From Deltaproteobacteria bacterium (lineage in GTDB: Bacteria; Myxococcota_A; UBA9160; UBA4427), in contig JAJDAO010000031.1 in the NCBI GenBank assembly GCA_029261835.1, positions 18-64,017 on the forward strand: 64,000 nt of DNA. The letters are read 5' to 3'. This document shows, one piece after another, positions 20,642 through 29,771 of the stretch. Position 1 is the stretch's first letter. Each line of letters starts with the position of its first letter. The position numbers and the translations under genes are program-made. The notes under the pieces are model-generated. The model had not been told where the DNA came from, did no database searches, and worked only from the letters and a program-made list of their open reading frames with translations.

Positions 20642-21048
20642 TGGCTGCCCAAGACAGACGGCTTCCGGCCGCTCGCCTGAGAGCCGACCTGTCGTCCTGT
20701 GACGCGGCTCCCGGCTTCATGGCGTTCTGCTCCCTCGTGAACTCCAGGATCGCCGCAGGCGACAGCCTGAGCGCCTACCGCATGCTCTGCTCGATCGGAG
20801 CCGAGCCCGGCGTCGCTCACGCCATCCTCGAAGGATGGCCGACGAGGTCGAGTCGGCGCCTCGGCCCGGACGTGATCCGGCGCTGCGATCCGCTGCTCGG
20901 CTCGATCACGCTTGTTCAGGAAGCGGCGCTGCTCCTGTCGCACCACGCTCCGAGGTTCAGGCAGCAAGACTGGCCTGCGTCGATCGCTGTCGCGACACGG
21001 GCCGCCGCAGGCGAAGAGGGCAAGATCCCGAAGAGATCGTCGAAGTAG
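20641..21048 (+). CDS. Hypothetical protein
   Basis: ATG overlapping upstream TGA; fills the gap to the next promoter. Confidence 0.45.
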   Translation: MAAQDRRLPAARLRADLSSCDAAPGFMAFCSLVNSRIAAGDSLSAYRMLCSIGAEPGVAHAILEGWPTRSSRRLGPDVIRRCDPLLGSITLVQEAALLLSHHAPRFRQQDWPASIAVATRAAAGEEGKIPKRSSK

Positions 21049-21069
21049 CTGGAAAAAAATCAAAGTCTG

Positions 21070-21120
21070 CTCATGTTGGCTTGCCGAGCTTCCGAAGAGG
21101 TAGTTACCTCAGAACGGAGA
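21070..21120 (+). promoter_or_regulatory. Repeated promoter+RBS unit, copy 1 (CTCATG-N15-TCCGAAGAGG...AACGGAGA)
   Basis: Matches 12 other intergenic copies; upstream A-tract. Confidence 0.8.
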
Positions 21121-21128
21121 ACCAAGCC

Positions 21129-21323
21129 ATGAACGACACGATCACAAGCTACGCACTCGACGCAAGCCAGCTCCCCGGCGCGATCGACTCACTCGGGACG
21201 ATCTTCGGCGTTGCCGCCGTTTCGCTCTTCCTCGTCGGAGACTTGATCTTCAACGGCGGTCAGCTCACGGCCGGTCCGCTGCTTCGCCTTTCGAGAAGCA
21301 TCAAGGCGAGGGCGGCGCGATGA
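21129..21323 (+). CDS. Small membrane protein
   Basis: ATG 8 nt after AACGGAGA; hydrophobic segment. Confidence 0.55.
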   Translation: MNDTITSYALDASQLPGAIDSLGTIFGVAAVSLFLVGDLIFNGGQLTAGPLLRLSRSIKARAAR

Positions 21324-21577
21324 CTATCTATTCAAGATTCGGATGCGAGATCGAGATCGTCCGAACTGCGTGCATTGCCGATGTCCGACATCTCGACGGC
21401 CGGGCGCCAGACACGTTCGACAGGGAGTCAGTTTCGCGAGGCGCATACGTCGTTGCCAAGCGCGTCGAAGATGACGAAGAGTCCCTGCAGAACATTTGCT
21501 ATCTCAGGGCCGACGACGGCATGCGCGAGATCGCCGATGCGATCGAGATCGCTGACGGCAAGGCGGCGCAGTCATGA
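21320..21577 (+). CDS. Hypothetical protein
   Basis: ATGA overlaps at both ends; LRADDGMREI motif. Confidence 0.6.
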   Translation: MTIYSRFGCEIEIVRTACIADVRHLDGRAPDTFDRESVSRGAYVVAKRVEDDEESLQNICYLRADDGMREIADAIEIADGKAAQS

Positions 21578-22488
21578 TGCGCGCCGTCGATCTCTTCGCA
21601 GGCGCCGGCGGCTTCACGAGCGGCGCGAAGGCCGCAGGCATCGACGTGGTCTTCGCCGCGAACCATTGGATGGACGCGGTCGAAGCACACGAGCGCGCGC
21701 ACCCCGACGTCGAGCACGACTGCCAAGACCTGCGGCAGTTCGACTGGTCGACCTTGCCAGACTTCGAAGTGCTGCTCGCGTCGCCTGAATGCAAGGGCCA
21801 CACAAAAGCGAAGGGTAAGGAGCGCAAGCACCACGACGCGAGCCGTGCGACATCGTGGGCAGTGATCGACTGCGCCGAGACGTGCCGGCCGCCGCTCGTC
21901 GTCGTCGAGAACGTGCCCGAGTTCCTCGACTGGGAACTCTTCCCGAGCTGGGCCGACGCGATGCGCCGGCTTGGCTACACGCTGTCGCCGCACATCTTCG
22001 ACAGCGCCGATGTCGGAGTTCCTCAGAACCGCGTGCGCATGTTCCTGATCGGATCACTCGACGGCGAAGTCGAGATCGAGGCGCCGCACGTCGAGCACGT
22101 CAGCGTGCGCAGCGTGCTCGACCTCGACAACGTCGGCGGGCCTGTCTACACCGAACGTCGGGCCGCGAACACGATCAGCCGTCACGAAGCCGGCAGGCGC
22201 AATGTGGGCGACATCTTCCTCGCGCCCTTCTACGGAGCGGGCTCGGGCAAGACCGGCCGCAGCATCGACCGTCCATGCGGGACGCTCACGACGAAGGCGC
22301 GATGGTCGCTCCATAACGGCGATTCGATGCGAATGCTGACGACCGAAGAGACGCTCGCGATCGGCGGATTCCCGGCGAGCTACCTCGACGGCCTAGATAA
22401 CTGGACGAAGGCGAACACGATGATCGGAAACGCCGTGACTCCCGCCATGGGCGAACACGTCTGTTCGAATCTTCCTGAAGTTAGGTAG
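21574..22488 (+). CDS. DNA (cytosine-5) methyltransferase 1
   Basis: DLFAGAGG, LLASPEC, VENV, PQNRVR, GNAV motifs. Confidence 0.93.
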   Translation: MMRAVDLFAGAGGFTSGAKAAGIDVVFAANHWMDAVEAHERAHPDVEHDCQDLRQFDWSTLPDFEVLLASPECKGHTKAKGKERKHHDASRATSWAVIDCAETCRPPLVVVENVPEFLDWELFPSWADAMRRLGYTLSPHIFDSADVGVPQNRVRMFLIGSLDGEVEIEAPHVEHVSVRSVLDLDNVGGPVYTERRAANTISRHEAGRRNVGDIFLAPFYGAGSGKTGRSIDRPCGTLTTKARWSLHNGDSMRMLTTEETLAIGGFPASYLDGLDNWTKANTMIGNAVTPAMGEHVCSNLPEVR

Positions 22489-22562
22489 GCCCAAACGTCG
22501 AGCAAGGGGACACATAAGAAGCAAGGCCAGCAGCCCGAAGCCTCTCTCCCAAGGAAAGAACG

Positions 22563-22772
22563 ATGAGCACTGAAAAGAATCACGACCTATCGCCCGCAGA
22601 AGAGCGCGCGATCAATGACCTGCGTACTGCGACACGAAAGGTCTACGCGGCGTTCAGCCGCAACGATCTGCATCTCAGCGCTGAAGAGCTTCTTCGGAAA
22701 GTGAACGAGACGACAGCCATGTTCGACCTTCTCGCCGGCACGTCGCATAAGCCGCTCTCGGAGAACTTCTGA
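22563..22772 (+). CDS. Hypothetical protein
   Basis: RBS AAGGAAAG; short helical ORF. Confidence 0.55.
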   Translation: MSTEKNHDLSPAEERAINDLRTATRKVYAAFSRNDLHLSAEELLRKVNETTAMFDLLAGTSHKPLSENF

Positions 22773-22773
22773 C

Positions 22774-23676
22774 ATGCCACGCATTTGCTACGTCGGAAAG
22801 AGCTTCCGCCCCGACTCTCTGAGGATCATCGAACAGGCGAACGTGATTGTCGATGAATATGACGCGCAAGGGTTCACGCTCACGCTTCGCCAGCTCTACT
22901 ATCAGTTCGTCTCGCGCGACCTGATCCCCAACACGCAGCGCAGCTACAAGCGACTCGGAAGCATCATCTCCGACGCGCGGCTCGCCGGAATGATCGACTG
23001 GGAGCAGATCACAGACAGAACGCGTAACGTTCAGGCTCAGTCGCACTGGGACGACCCGTCGAGCATCATCGCAAGCGCGGCGCGCAGCTACGGCATCGAC
23101 CTTTGGCAGAGCCAAGATCGGCGCGTCGAAGTCTGGATCGAAAAGGATGCGCTCGCCGGCGTGATCGAAAACGTCTGCGCGGAGTGGGACGTCTCCTACC
23201 TGTCTTGTCGCGGCTACGTTTCGCAGTCCGAAATGTGGGTAGGCGCGCAGCGTTTCAAGGTCTACGACGACGCCGGTCAGCGGCCCGTCGTGATCCACCT
23301 TGGCGACCACGATCCGAGCGGGATCGACATGACGCGCGACATCCAAGACCGGCTGCGCATGCTCAGCGGAACCGACGTCGAAGTGCGTCGCATCGCGCTG
23401 AGCCGCGCGCAAGTCGATCAGTATGGATGCCCTCCGAACCCTGCGAAGCTGACCGACTCGCGCGCCGGAGACTACGTCGAAGAGCACGGCTTCAGCTCTT
23501 GGGAGCTTGACGCGCTCAGCCCACCGACCCTCGTCGAGCTGATCGACACCGAGATCGATTCGATCGTCGATCACGGGCTGTTCGAAGAGATTCGAACTCA
23601 GCAAGAATCCGAGCGTGAAACGCTGAAGGCGATCTCGGATCAATATGAGCGCGTCGTCGAAAACCTCGAGTCTTGA
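22774..23676 (+). CDS. Toprim-domain protein (Topo VI-A/Spo11/JetD-like)
   Basis: TLRQLYY, VWIEKDAL, CRGY, LGDHDPSGIDM motifs. Confidence 0.8.
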   Translation: MPRICYVGKSFRPDSLRIIEQANVIVDEYDAQGFTLTLRQLYYQFVSRDLIPNTQRSYKRLGSIISDARLAGMIDWEQITDRTRNVQAQSHWDDPSSIIASAARSYGIDLWQSQDRRVEVWIEKDALAGVIENVCAEWDVSYLSCRGYVSQSEMWVGAQRFKVYDDAGQRPVVIHLGDHDPSGIDMTRDIQDRLRMLSGTDVEVRRIALSRAQVDQYGCPPNPAKLTDSRAGDYVEEHGFSSWELDALSPPTLVELIDTEIDSIVDHGLFEEIRTQQESERETLKAISDQYERVVENLES

Positions 23677-23700
23677 GACTTTTTATTTCTCCGTGAAATC

Positions 23701-23760
23701 GGCAGGCCGGCTCAAGTCCAACGGGCCGGTCTGCCGAAGAGGCTGGTAACCCAACGGAGA
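23701..23760 (+). promoter_or_regulatory. Repeated promoter+RBS unit, copy 2 (hairpin type)
   Basis: CTCAAG-N16-GCCGAAGAGG...AACGGAGA; 11-bp IR at 23701-23711/23725-23735. Confidence 0.8.
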
Positions 23761-23768
23761 ATAGAACC

Positions 23769-24071
23769 ATGAAGACGAAGCCGAACACGATCAGCGAACG
23801 CGACTACAAATGGAAGATAGAGCCAAGCGCTCAGTGGACGATCTTCTCGCCGGAAGGCGATCGCATCGGCCAGATCGATGCAGTTTATGAGCAGAGCTAT
23901 GTCTCCGGCTCGTCGCGCAGCACGACTTACAAGATTGATTCCTACGAGGTCTCTGTTCGCGGCTTCGACGGTGACGCGATTTTCGCCGTCGTCGAGCACG
24001 GAGACAGCGCGCGCAAGGCATTGGCTGCCGCGAAGAGATTTGCGCGCGACCTTCACGGTCGCGACCAATGA
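23769..24071 (+). CDS. Hypothetical protein
   Basis: Follows promoter/RBS repeat. Confidence 0.7.
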   Translation: MKTKPNTISERDYKWKIEPSAQWTIFSPEGDRIGQIDAVYEQSYVSGSSRSTTYKIDSYEVSVRGFDGDAIFAVVEHGDSARKALAAAKRFARDLHGRDQ

Positions 24072-24979
24072 ATATCAAAGCGGTTGACCTCTTCGCCGGA
24101 GCAGGCGGCTTCACCGAAGGCGCGCAGCGCGCGGGCGTCGACGTGATCTTCGCTGCGAATCACTGGCCCGTGTCAGTGGATGCGCACGAAGCGAACCATC
24201 CCGGCGTCGAGCATGAATGCCAGGACTTGCGTCAGTTCGACTTCGAGTCACTGCCCGACTTCGACATGCTTCTCGCGTCGCCGGCGTGTCAGGGACACAG
24301 TACGGCCGGCCAGGGCAGCGACAGCGCGAGGGCCGCGAAGAAGCACGAGGCCGACCGCAACACGGCGCTTGCCGTGATCGAGTGCGCAGACAAGAAGCGC
24401 CCCGAGACAATCCTCGTCGAGAACGTCCCGCGCTTCGCCAAGTGGGAGCTGTTCGACTGGTGGTGCGACGGACTGCGCGTGCTTGGCTACCACGTCACGA
24501 GCACGCTTGTCGATGCCGCTGACCTCGGCGTTCCGCAGAACCGCAAGCGCATCGTCGTAGCGGCGTCGCTGAAGGCGCCGGTCGAGTTCGAGGCGCCGAA
24601 GAGCGAGCGCAAGCCATTCTCTTCGGTGCTGCTCGACATTGACGAAGGATGGACGTCGATCAAAGCCAAGAGCGCGAACATCCGCAAGCGCATCGACACG
24701 GGCCGCGAGAAGCACGGCGATCGCTTCCTGACTCAGTATGTGACGAAGCATCCGGGGCGCAGTCTCGATCGCCCGATCGGAACGATCACGACTGCGCCGT
24801 CTCACTGGCATCTCGTCGACGGCCAGCAGATGCGCTCGATCACGACGGCCGAGCTGCTCGCTGCGCAGGACTTCCGACCCGACTACATCATTCCCGACAA
24901 CGTCGCCCTTGCGACGCGCCTGATCGGAAACGCGATCCCTCCGGCGCTCGCTAAGTGGGCCATCGAACAGGCTGCCTGA
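24068..24979 (+). CDS. DNA (cytosine-5) methyltransferase 2
   Basis: DLFAGAGG, LLASPACQG, VENV, PQNRKR, GNAI motifs; paralog of 21574-22488. Confidence 0.93.
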   Translation: MNIKAVDLFAGAGGFTEGAQRAGVDVIFAANHWPVSVDAHEANHPGVEHECQDLRQFDFESLPDFDMLLASPACQGHSTAGQGSDSARAAKKHEADRNTALAVIECADKKRPETILVENVPRFAKWELFDWWCDGLRVLGYHVTSTLVDAADLGVPQNRKRIVVAASLKAPVEFEAPKSERKPFSSVLLDIDEGWTSIKAKSANIRKRIDTGREKHGDRFLTQYVTKHPGRSLDRPIGTITTAPSHWHLVDGQQMRSITTAELLAAQDFRPDYIIPDNVALATRLIGNAIPPALAKWAIEQAA

Positions 24980-24995
24980 TTTTTTTCAAAGTCGC

Positions 24996-25046
24996 CTCAT
25001 GTCGCGGGCTCAGGCTTCCGAAGAGGTATGTAACCCCGAACGGAGA
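24996..25046 (+). promoter_or_regulatory. Repeated promoter+RBS unit, copy 3
   Basis: CTCATG-N15-TCCGAAGAGG...AACGGAGA. Confidence 0.8.
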
Positions 25047-25053
25047 CTGAACC

Positions 25054-25551
25054 ATGAACGACCGCACCAAGACCGCCGCCCAAGCCATCCGCGCCGCGCT
25101 GAAGAGCGAGCTTTCCGCAAACTCGAAGAAGGTCAGCGTTCGCATCGATCGCTACTCGATGGGAAGCGCAATCCATGTCGAGATCAAAGATGCGAGCATG
25201 AAGTTCGCCGAGGTTCATGCGATTGCCTCTGCGTACGAAGAGGTCCGTCGCTGCGAGATCAGCGGCGACATCCTGAGCGGCGGCAACATGTACGTTTCTG
25301 TCGGCTGGAGCCATGGCGCACGCGGCGAGAGGGCGGCGCGTCACGTCGACGCCGTAAAGGAAGCGATGCAGGGAGCCGGCGCGCACGGCGGCTTCTACGA
25401 CGTCAGTAGCGCGCGCGGCGTATCGGTCGTGACCGACGGCGTCGGCGGCTTCCAGCTCTTCAAGGGCGGCGCCGCCGGCATGCATGTGAACACGGCCGAG
25501 ACGGCCGCCGCGATCGTTGCCGACTACGTCGACGAACTCGCCGCAGCTTGA
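25054..25551 (+). CDS. LPD29-like domain protein
   Basis: AQAIRAALK...KVSVRIDRYSMGSAIHV pattern. Confidence 0.6.
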   Translation: MNDRTKTAAQAIRAALKSELSANSKKVSVRIDRYSMGSAIHVEIKDASMKFAEVHAIASAYEEVRRCEISGDILSGGNMYVSVGWSHGARGERAARHVDAVKEAMQGAGAHGGFYDVSSARGVSVVTDGVGGFQLFKGGAAGMHVNTAETAAAIVADYVDELAAA

Positions 25552-25907
25552 ACGCCAGCGCGCGACCGCCGAGCCTCGCAAGAGTGCTCGGCGGTCGCGC
25601 AGCCATAGAGAGACGGCATACAATGATCGCGCAACCCTACACAGAGCCAAAGACGCCAGTCGACGAAGCCTTCGAGGCCGCCCGCAACGGAAGCGCGGCA
25701 TCGATGATCGAGTGGCGTGAGCACTTCATCCGCGAAGCGCGCGACAGAGGCCTTTCGAAAGAAACGCGAGCGTTTGCCGCGACCTTTGTGCGCAACCTGA
25801 CTCCGTGGGGCAGGACTCGCGGGTTCTGGCGCTGAAAGGCTTTTCGCTTGGATTTTATTCGCGATCGCCGTTAGCATCTTCCGTCCCAACCCAACGGAGA
25901 TGAACAC

Positions 25908-26159
25908 ATGGCGGAAGCCACGAAGACCGGCGGCAAGCCGGCAGAAGGAGAGGCCAAGGGCGGCAAGCCTGCGGCCAGCAAGCCACGCAAGGAAAATCGA
26001 CCCGCGCACGTCATCGTCGCCGAGAAGATCAGCAGCATGGGCCTCGACGCGCTCGACGGCCTCGCCGCTGAGCTGGTGAAGAACTCGCCGCGCGGCGCGA
26101 AGTTCCTGCATGACTCGATCGCGGAGGCTGCGCAGGCCGCCGAGCGACCGAGCGCCTGA
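25908..26159 (+). CDS. Hypothetical protein
   Basis: RBS AACGGAGA upstream. Confidence 0.7.
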   Translation: MAEATKTGGKPAEGEAKGGKPAASKPRKENRPAHVIVAEKISSMGLDALDGLAAELVKNSPRGAKFLHDSIAEAAQAAERPSA

Positions 26160-26163
26160 CGGC

Positions 26164-26436
26164 ATGGGCATTCTCGACAGCGGCGTGACCGTGGGCTTGC
26201 TGGCTTGCGTGATCGTCGCTGTCGTTTTCTGCCTAGCGCGCTGGCTCGGGTGCCTGAAGGGCCGCCATCGCTGGCGATCGTTTGCGCAAGAGCATGGCGC
26301 CGACATCCCGGAGCGGTTCATTCCAGAGGAAGACTCGGACGACCTGCGGCGCGAAGAGCTTCTTCGCGAGTACACGCGCCTTCGCTGCCGGCGCTGCCGC
26401 GCCACCATGGACTACGATCAGGAGAGAGCAAGGTGA
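26164..26436 (+). CDS. Membrane-anchored Cys/His protein
   Basis: TM helix, CLKGRHRW and CRRC motifs. Confidence 0.5.
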   Translation: MGILDSGVTVGLLACVIVAVVFCLARWLGCLKGRHRWRSFAQEHGADIPERFIPEEDSDDLRREELLREYTRLRCRRCRATMDYDQERAR

Positions 26437-26642
26437 GCAACTTCCACAAGCGCGAGGTTCTTCGCGAACTCGTGAGCGCCCTCCGTGATTACGAACGCGA
26501 TACCGGCGAAAAGGTGACGTCGGTCAAGGCCGAGCGCGTAAGCGACGGCGCGCAGTGGTCGATCAAGATTGAAATCGAAACCTGAAGCTAGGCGACATGC
26601 CGCGCACGCGGCGGCGCCTGCAGCCCCCAGAGAGATAACGTC

Positions 26643-27089
26643 ATGAAGATTCACATCGCAGCGCTTCTCATCCCTCTCGCCCTGCTCGTCGGCTGCGTCG
26701 GCTGCTCGGGCAGCACGGCGCGCGACGAAGTGCTTGCGCCTGTCGTCATGGACGCGGCACAAGACGTCTTCGACCTCGCCTATGTCGGCGTCGAAGGCTG
26801 GGATCACGAGCCCGGATCGGGCGGCGCGACAGAGGCCTACAACCGAATCGAGACCTTTCGCGCAAAACTCGAGACTCGCACCTACACTGAAGCTGAGATG
26901 GCGGCGGACGCCGGCTACCTTCGCGAGTGGGCGCGTCGCGGCGTCGAGGTGCGCATCGCTGCCGGCGAGATAGGCCCCGGCGTCGCGAAGTCACTGAACG
27001 AACGAACAGACCGGCTTTACGATGCGCTGCTCGTGTTGGTCGGCGCGCAGCCGGTCCCCTTGAAGGAGATCCAAAACGATGAAGACTGA
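26643..27089 (+). CDS. Putative lipoprotein
   Basis: MKIH + hydrophobic core + LVGC lipobox. Confidence 0.7.
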   Translation: MKIHIAALLIPLALLVGCVGCSGSTARDEVLAPVVMDAAQDVFDLAYVGVEGWDHEPGSGGATEAYNRIETFRAKLETRTYTEAEMAADAGYLREWARRGVEVRIAAGEIGPGVAKSLNERTDRLYDALLVLVGAQPVPLKEIQNDED

Positions 27090-27456
27090 GTTCCTGAACC
27101 TGCTCGCGCGAACTGTCTCGGAGATCGGTGCGCAGGCTGACGTCGAGAAGCTCGAAGGCGTCGCGGCCTACGCGGCCGAGCGCGCAGCGCACCTTGCGAC
27201 CATCGTACACGAGCCAGGTTTCGAAGACGCCGTCGACGCGGAGCGCGATGCAGTCGCCCTGAAGGCGGCGCAGGCGATCACCGAAGCCGCCGACGGCGCA
27301 GACGCAGCGATCCGCGCGCGGATCGTCGGGCTCGTTCATGGCGCCCTGTCGCTCGGCGCGCGCGCGCTGGTGCTCGGTCTGCCGGCCGGCGCTGACAGCT
27401 CCGACGCCGATGGCAGCGCCGGCGACAACGACGGAGGCCAAACGAAGGGCGGGTAA
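27079..27456 (+). CDS. Ala-rich helical hypothetical protein
   Basis: RBS AAGGAG; overlaps lipoprotein gene end. Confidence 0.7.
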   Translation: MKTEFLNLLARTVSEIGAQADVEKLEGVAAYAAERAAHLATIVHEPGFEDAVDAERDAVALKAAQAITEAADGADAAIRARIVGLVHGALSLGARALVLGLPAGADSSDADGSAGDNDGGQTKGG

Positions 27457-27514
27457 TCGTCCGGTGAGGAACGTCGCGCTCGACCGGGAGAGACGGCGCG
27501 ACGTGATCAAACTG

Positions 27515-27552
27515 CCGACTCCGAGGGCATCGCCTTCGGAGTCGGCTTTTTT
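27515..27552 (+). terminator. Rho-independent terminator
   Basis: GCCGACTCCGAGGGC-ATC-GCCTTCGGAGTCGGC then T6. Confidence 0.85.
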
Positions 27553-27584
27553 GGGTTTGCATTTATTCGAGACCGAGATACTGT

Positions 27585-27757
27585 TCGTTCGTTCGCGGCG
27601 AGCGTCCGCTCGCTGCCTTGAGACTCCCCGTCTACCGCGTGTCCCCGCGAATCGGCGCTTTCGGGGCTCGTCGCGAACACTTCAAACGCATGCGCCCTCG
27701 CGGGAGGGCGGAGAGCTTCAAGGGTCAGCGCGTCGCCTTCGGGCGGCGCGCTGTTTT
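27585..27757 (+). ncRNA. Candidate structured small RNA
   Basis: Non-coding gap with TTGCAT-N16-TACTGT upstream, nested stems, and a terminal UUCG hairpin followed by TGTTTT. Confidence 0.45.
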
Positions 27758-27833
27758 CGTTTGAATGGTTTCATTTTGTTCGCGCCTCGATTACGATGCT
27801 CGGTCCAATCTGGCAATCAGGAGATGCGAGAAA

Positions 27834-28280
27834 ATGACCGACACGATTCAAGCAGAAGATGCGGCGCTAACGCTCGTCGACATCGCGAGGCTTTACACCG
27901 AGGCTGACCGCAGGAGGAAGCTCGCCGCGAAAGACATGGAAGACCTCGAAGTCGCAGCGATCGCGCTGACGAACTTCGACAAAGGCGAAGGCTCGGCGAC
28001 CTACGCTGAGGAAACGGATCACGGCCGCTGCAAGGTCGTGTTGAACCAGCGCGTCAATACGTCTGTCGATATGGACGAGTGGGGCAACGTGAAGAAGGGC
28101 ATCGGAGGCGCCCTCGCGCGCAAGCTCATGAAGCCGAAGTACAGCCTTGTTCTAGCAGAGATGCGCCTGCTCGAAGAGCAAGATCCCGCGACCTACGCGA
28201 AGGTCGCGAAGTGCATCTCGCGAAAGCCCGGTAAGGTTTCGTTCGAGGTCAAGGAACTCGTGATTCGGGGCGACGACTGA
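27834..28280 (+). CDS. Hypothetical protein (first gene of recombination module)
   Basis: ATG 27834; coupled to AAA ATPase. Confidence 0.7.
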   Translation: MTDTIQAEDAALTLVDIARLYTEADRRRKLAAKDMEDLEVAAIALTNFDKGEGSATYAEETDHGRCKVVLNQRVNTSVDMDEWGNVKKGIGGALARKLMKPKYSLVLAEMRLLEEQDPATYAKVAKCISRKPGKVSFEVKELVIRGDD

Positions 28281-29095
28281 TGGCTATCAACCTCGCTTCG
28301 CACACGAAGACAGGCGTTCGCATCAAGCCGCCGAAGGTCGCGCTCATGGGCGTGGGCGGCATCGGAAAGACGACGTTCGCGGCCGGCGCGACGAAGCCTT
28401 ACTTCCTGTTCACGGAAGAGGGTCAGGGCAAGCTCGATCTGCCGCGCCTTGAGCTGCGCGAAGACGATCCGGTTATCCGAACGTGGGATGAAATCATGGG
28501 CGCCGTCGGCGCGCTCTATGAGCAGGAGCACGAACACAAGACGCTTGTGATCGACACGCTCGACGGACTCGAGCCGCTGCTCTGGGCAAAGGTCTGCGAG
28601 GATCACAACGCGTCATCGATCGAAGATGTCATGGGCGGATATGGGAAAGGCTACGTCGTCGCAGCGGATTACGGTCGCCGTCTGCTTCAGGGCCTTGACG
28701 CACTCCGCAACGACCGAAAGATGGCGATCGTTCTTCTCGCGCACATCGAGCGCAAGCGGTTCGAGCCGCCGGACTCGCCGGCCTATGATCGCTACAAGCT
28801 GCGTCTTCAGAACCGCTTCGCAGACCTTGTGCAAGAGTGGGTTGACGTTCTGATGTTCGCGAACTGGAAGGTCCACGTCGTCACGGAGACAGACAAGCGA
28901 ACCAAGTCAGAGCGCAAGCGCGGCGCCGGATCTGGAGAACGCGTCATGTACACCGAAGAGCGTCCGGCGCACTGGGGAAAGAACCGTTACGGCCTTCCGT
29001 TCGAAATGCCTCTTAGCTGGGCGGCGTTCGCGGGCGCGATGGCCGCTTCAATCAACCCGCAGGCGACGCAGTCGTCTGCATCGACACAGGAGTAA
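28280..29095 (+). CDS. Sak4-like AAA_24 ATPase (ssDNA annealing)
   Basis: Walker A GVGGIGKTT, LVIDTLD, GYGKGY, GKNRYGLP. Confidence 0.88.
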   Translation: MAINLASHTKTGVRIKPPKVALMGVGGIGKTTFAAGATKPYFLFTEEGQGKLDLPRLELREDDPVIRTWDEIMGAVGALYEQEHEHKTLVIDTLDGLEPLLWAKVCEDHNASSIEDVMGGYGKGYVVAADYGRRLLQGLDALRNDRKMAIVLLAHIERKRFEPPDSPAYDRYKLRLQNRFADLVQEWVDVLMFANWKVHVVTETDKRTKSERKRGAGSGERVMYTEERPAHWGKNRYGLPFEMPLSWAAFAGAMAASINPQATQSSASTQE

Positions 29096-29101
29096 GGAAA
29101 C

Positions 29102-29650
29102 ATGGCGAAGCTGAACAAGCCCTTCAACTCGGGAGATGTCGAGCCGAACAAAGCGTTCGAACTCATCCCGAACGGCTGGTACGCGATGCTGATCAGCGAG
29201 AGCGAGATCAAGCCCGTGAACGACAAGCCGCAGTGCTGGTACGTCAAGCTCCGGCACGAAGTCGCCGAGGGCTACCATCCCGAACACGCGAACCGAGTGG
29301 TCTTCAGCAATCTGAACCTTGGCAACGACAACCCCGACGCCGTTCAGATTGCAGAGCGCGACTTCTCTGCGATCTGCCGCGCGGTCGGCAAGCCGATCGT
29401 CGAAGACACCGACGAGGTTCACGGCATTCTGATGTCGGTCAAGATCGGAACCAAGGCCGCGCGCGCTGGCTACGACGCACAGAACGTCGTGAAGGGCTAC
29501 GCGCCGCTCTCCGAACACTTCAAGCCGACAACGGCCCCCGTCGCTGCAACTGCAGCCGACAAGCCGGCCGCAGCGCCAGCGAGCGGCGCTGCGGGAGAGC
29601 CGGCGCCGTGGGAAAGAGGCGACAAGCCCTCGACTCCGACCGGCGGCTGA
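29102..29650 (+). CDS. ssDNA-binding protein (DUF669-like)
   Basis: FELIPNGWY, NLNLGNDNPDAVQIA, C-terminal APW; follows Sak4. Confidence 0.82.
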   Translation: MAKLNKPFNSGDVEPNKAFELIPNGWYAMLISESEIKPVNDKPQCWYVKLRHEVAEGYHPEHANRVVFSNLNLGNDNPDAVQIAERDFSAICRAVGKPIVEDTDEVHGILMSVKIGTKAARAGYDAQNVVKGYAPLSEHFKPTTAPVAATAADKPAAAPASGAAGEPAPWERGDKPSTPTGG

Positions 29651-29771
29651 TCGCGCAACCGGGGCGCTCGGGCTCCCGATGCCGCTACGGCATTGAAGAT
29701 CGATGCGCACGTCTCCCTGCGTGCGCATCGATCGCCGGGCAACTCACGCACTCGAAGCCAGGTCCGAACGC

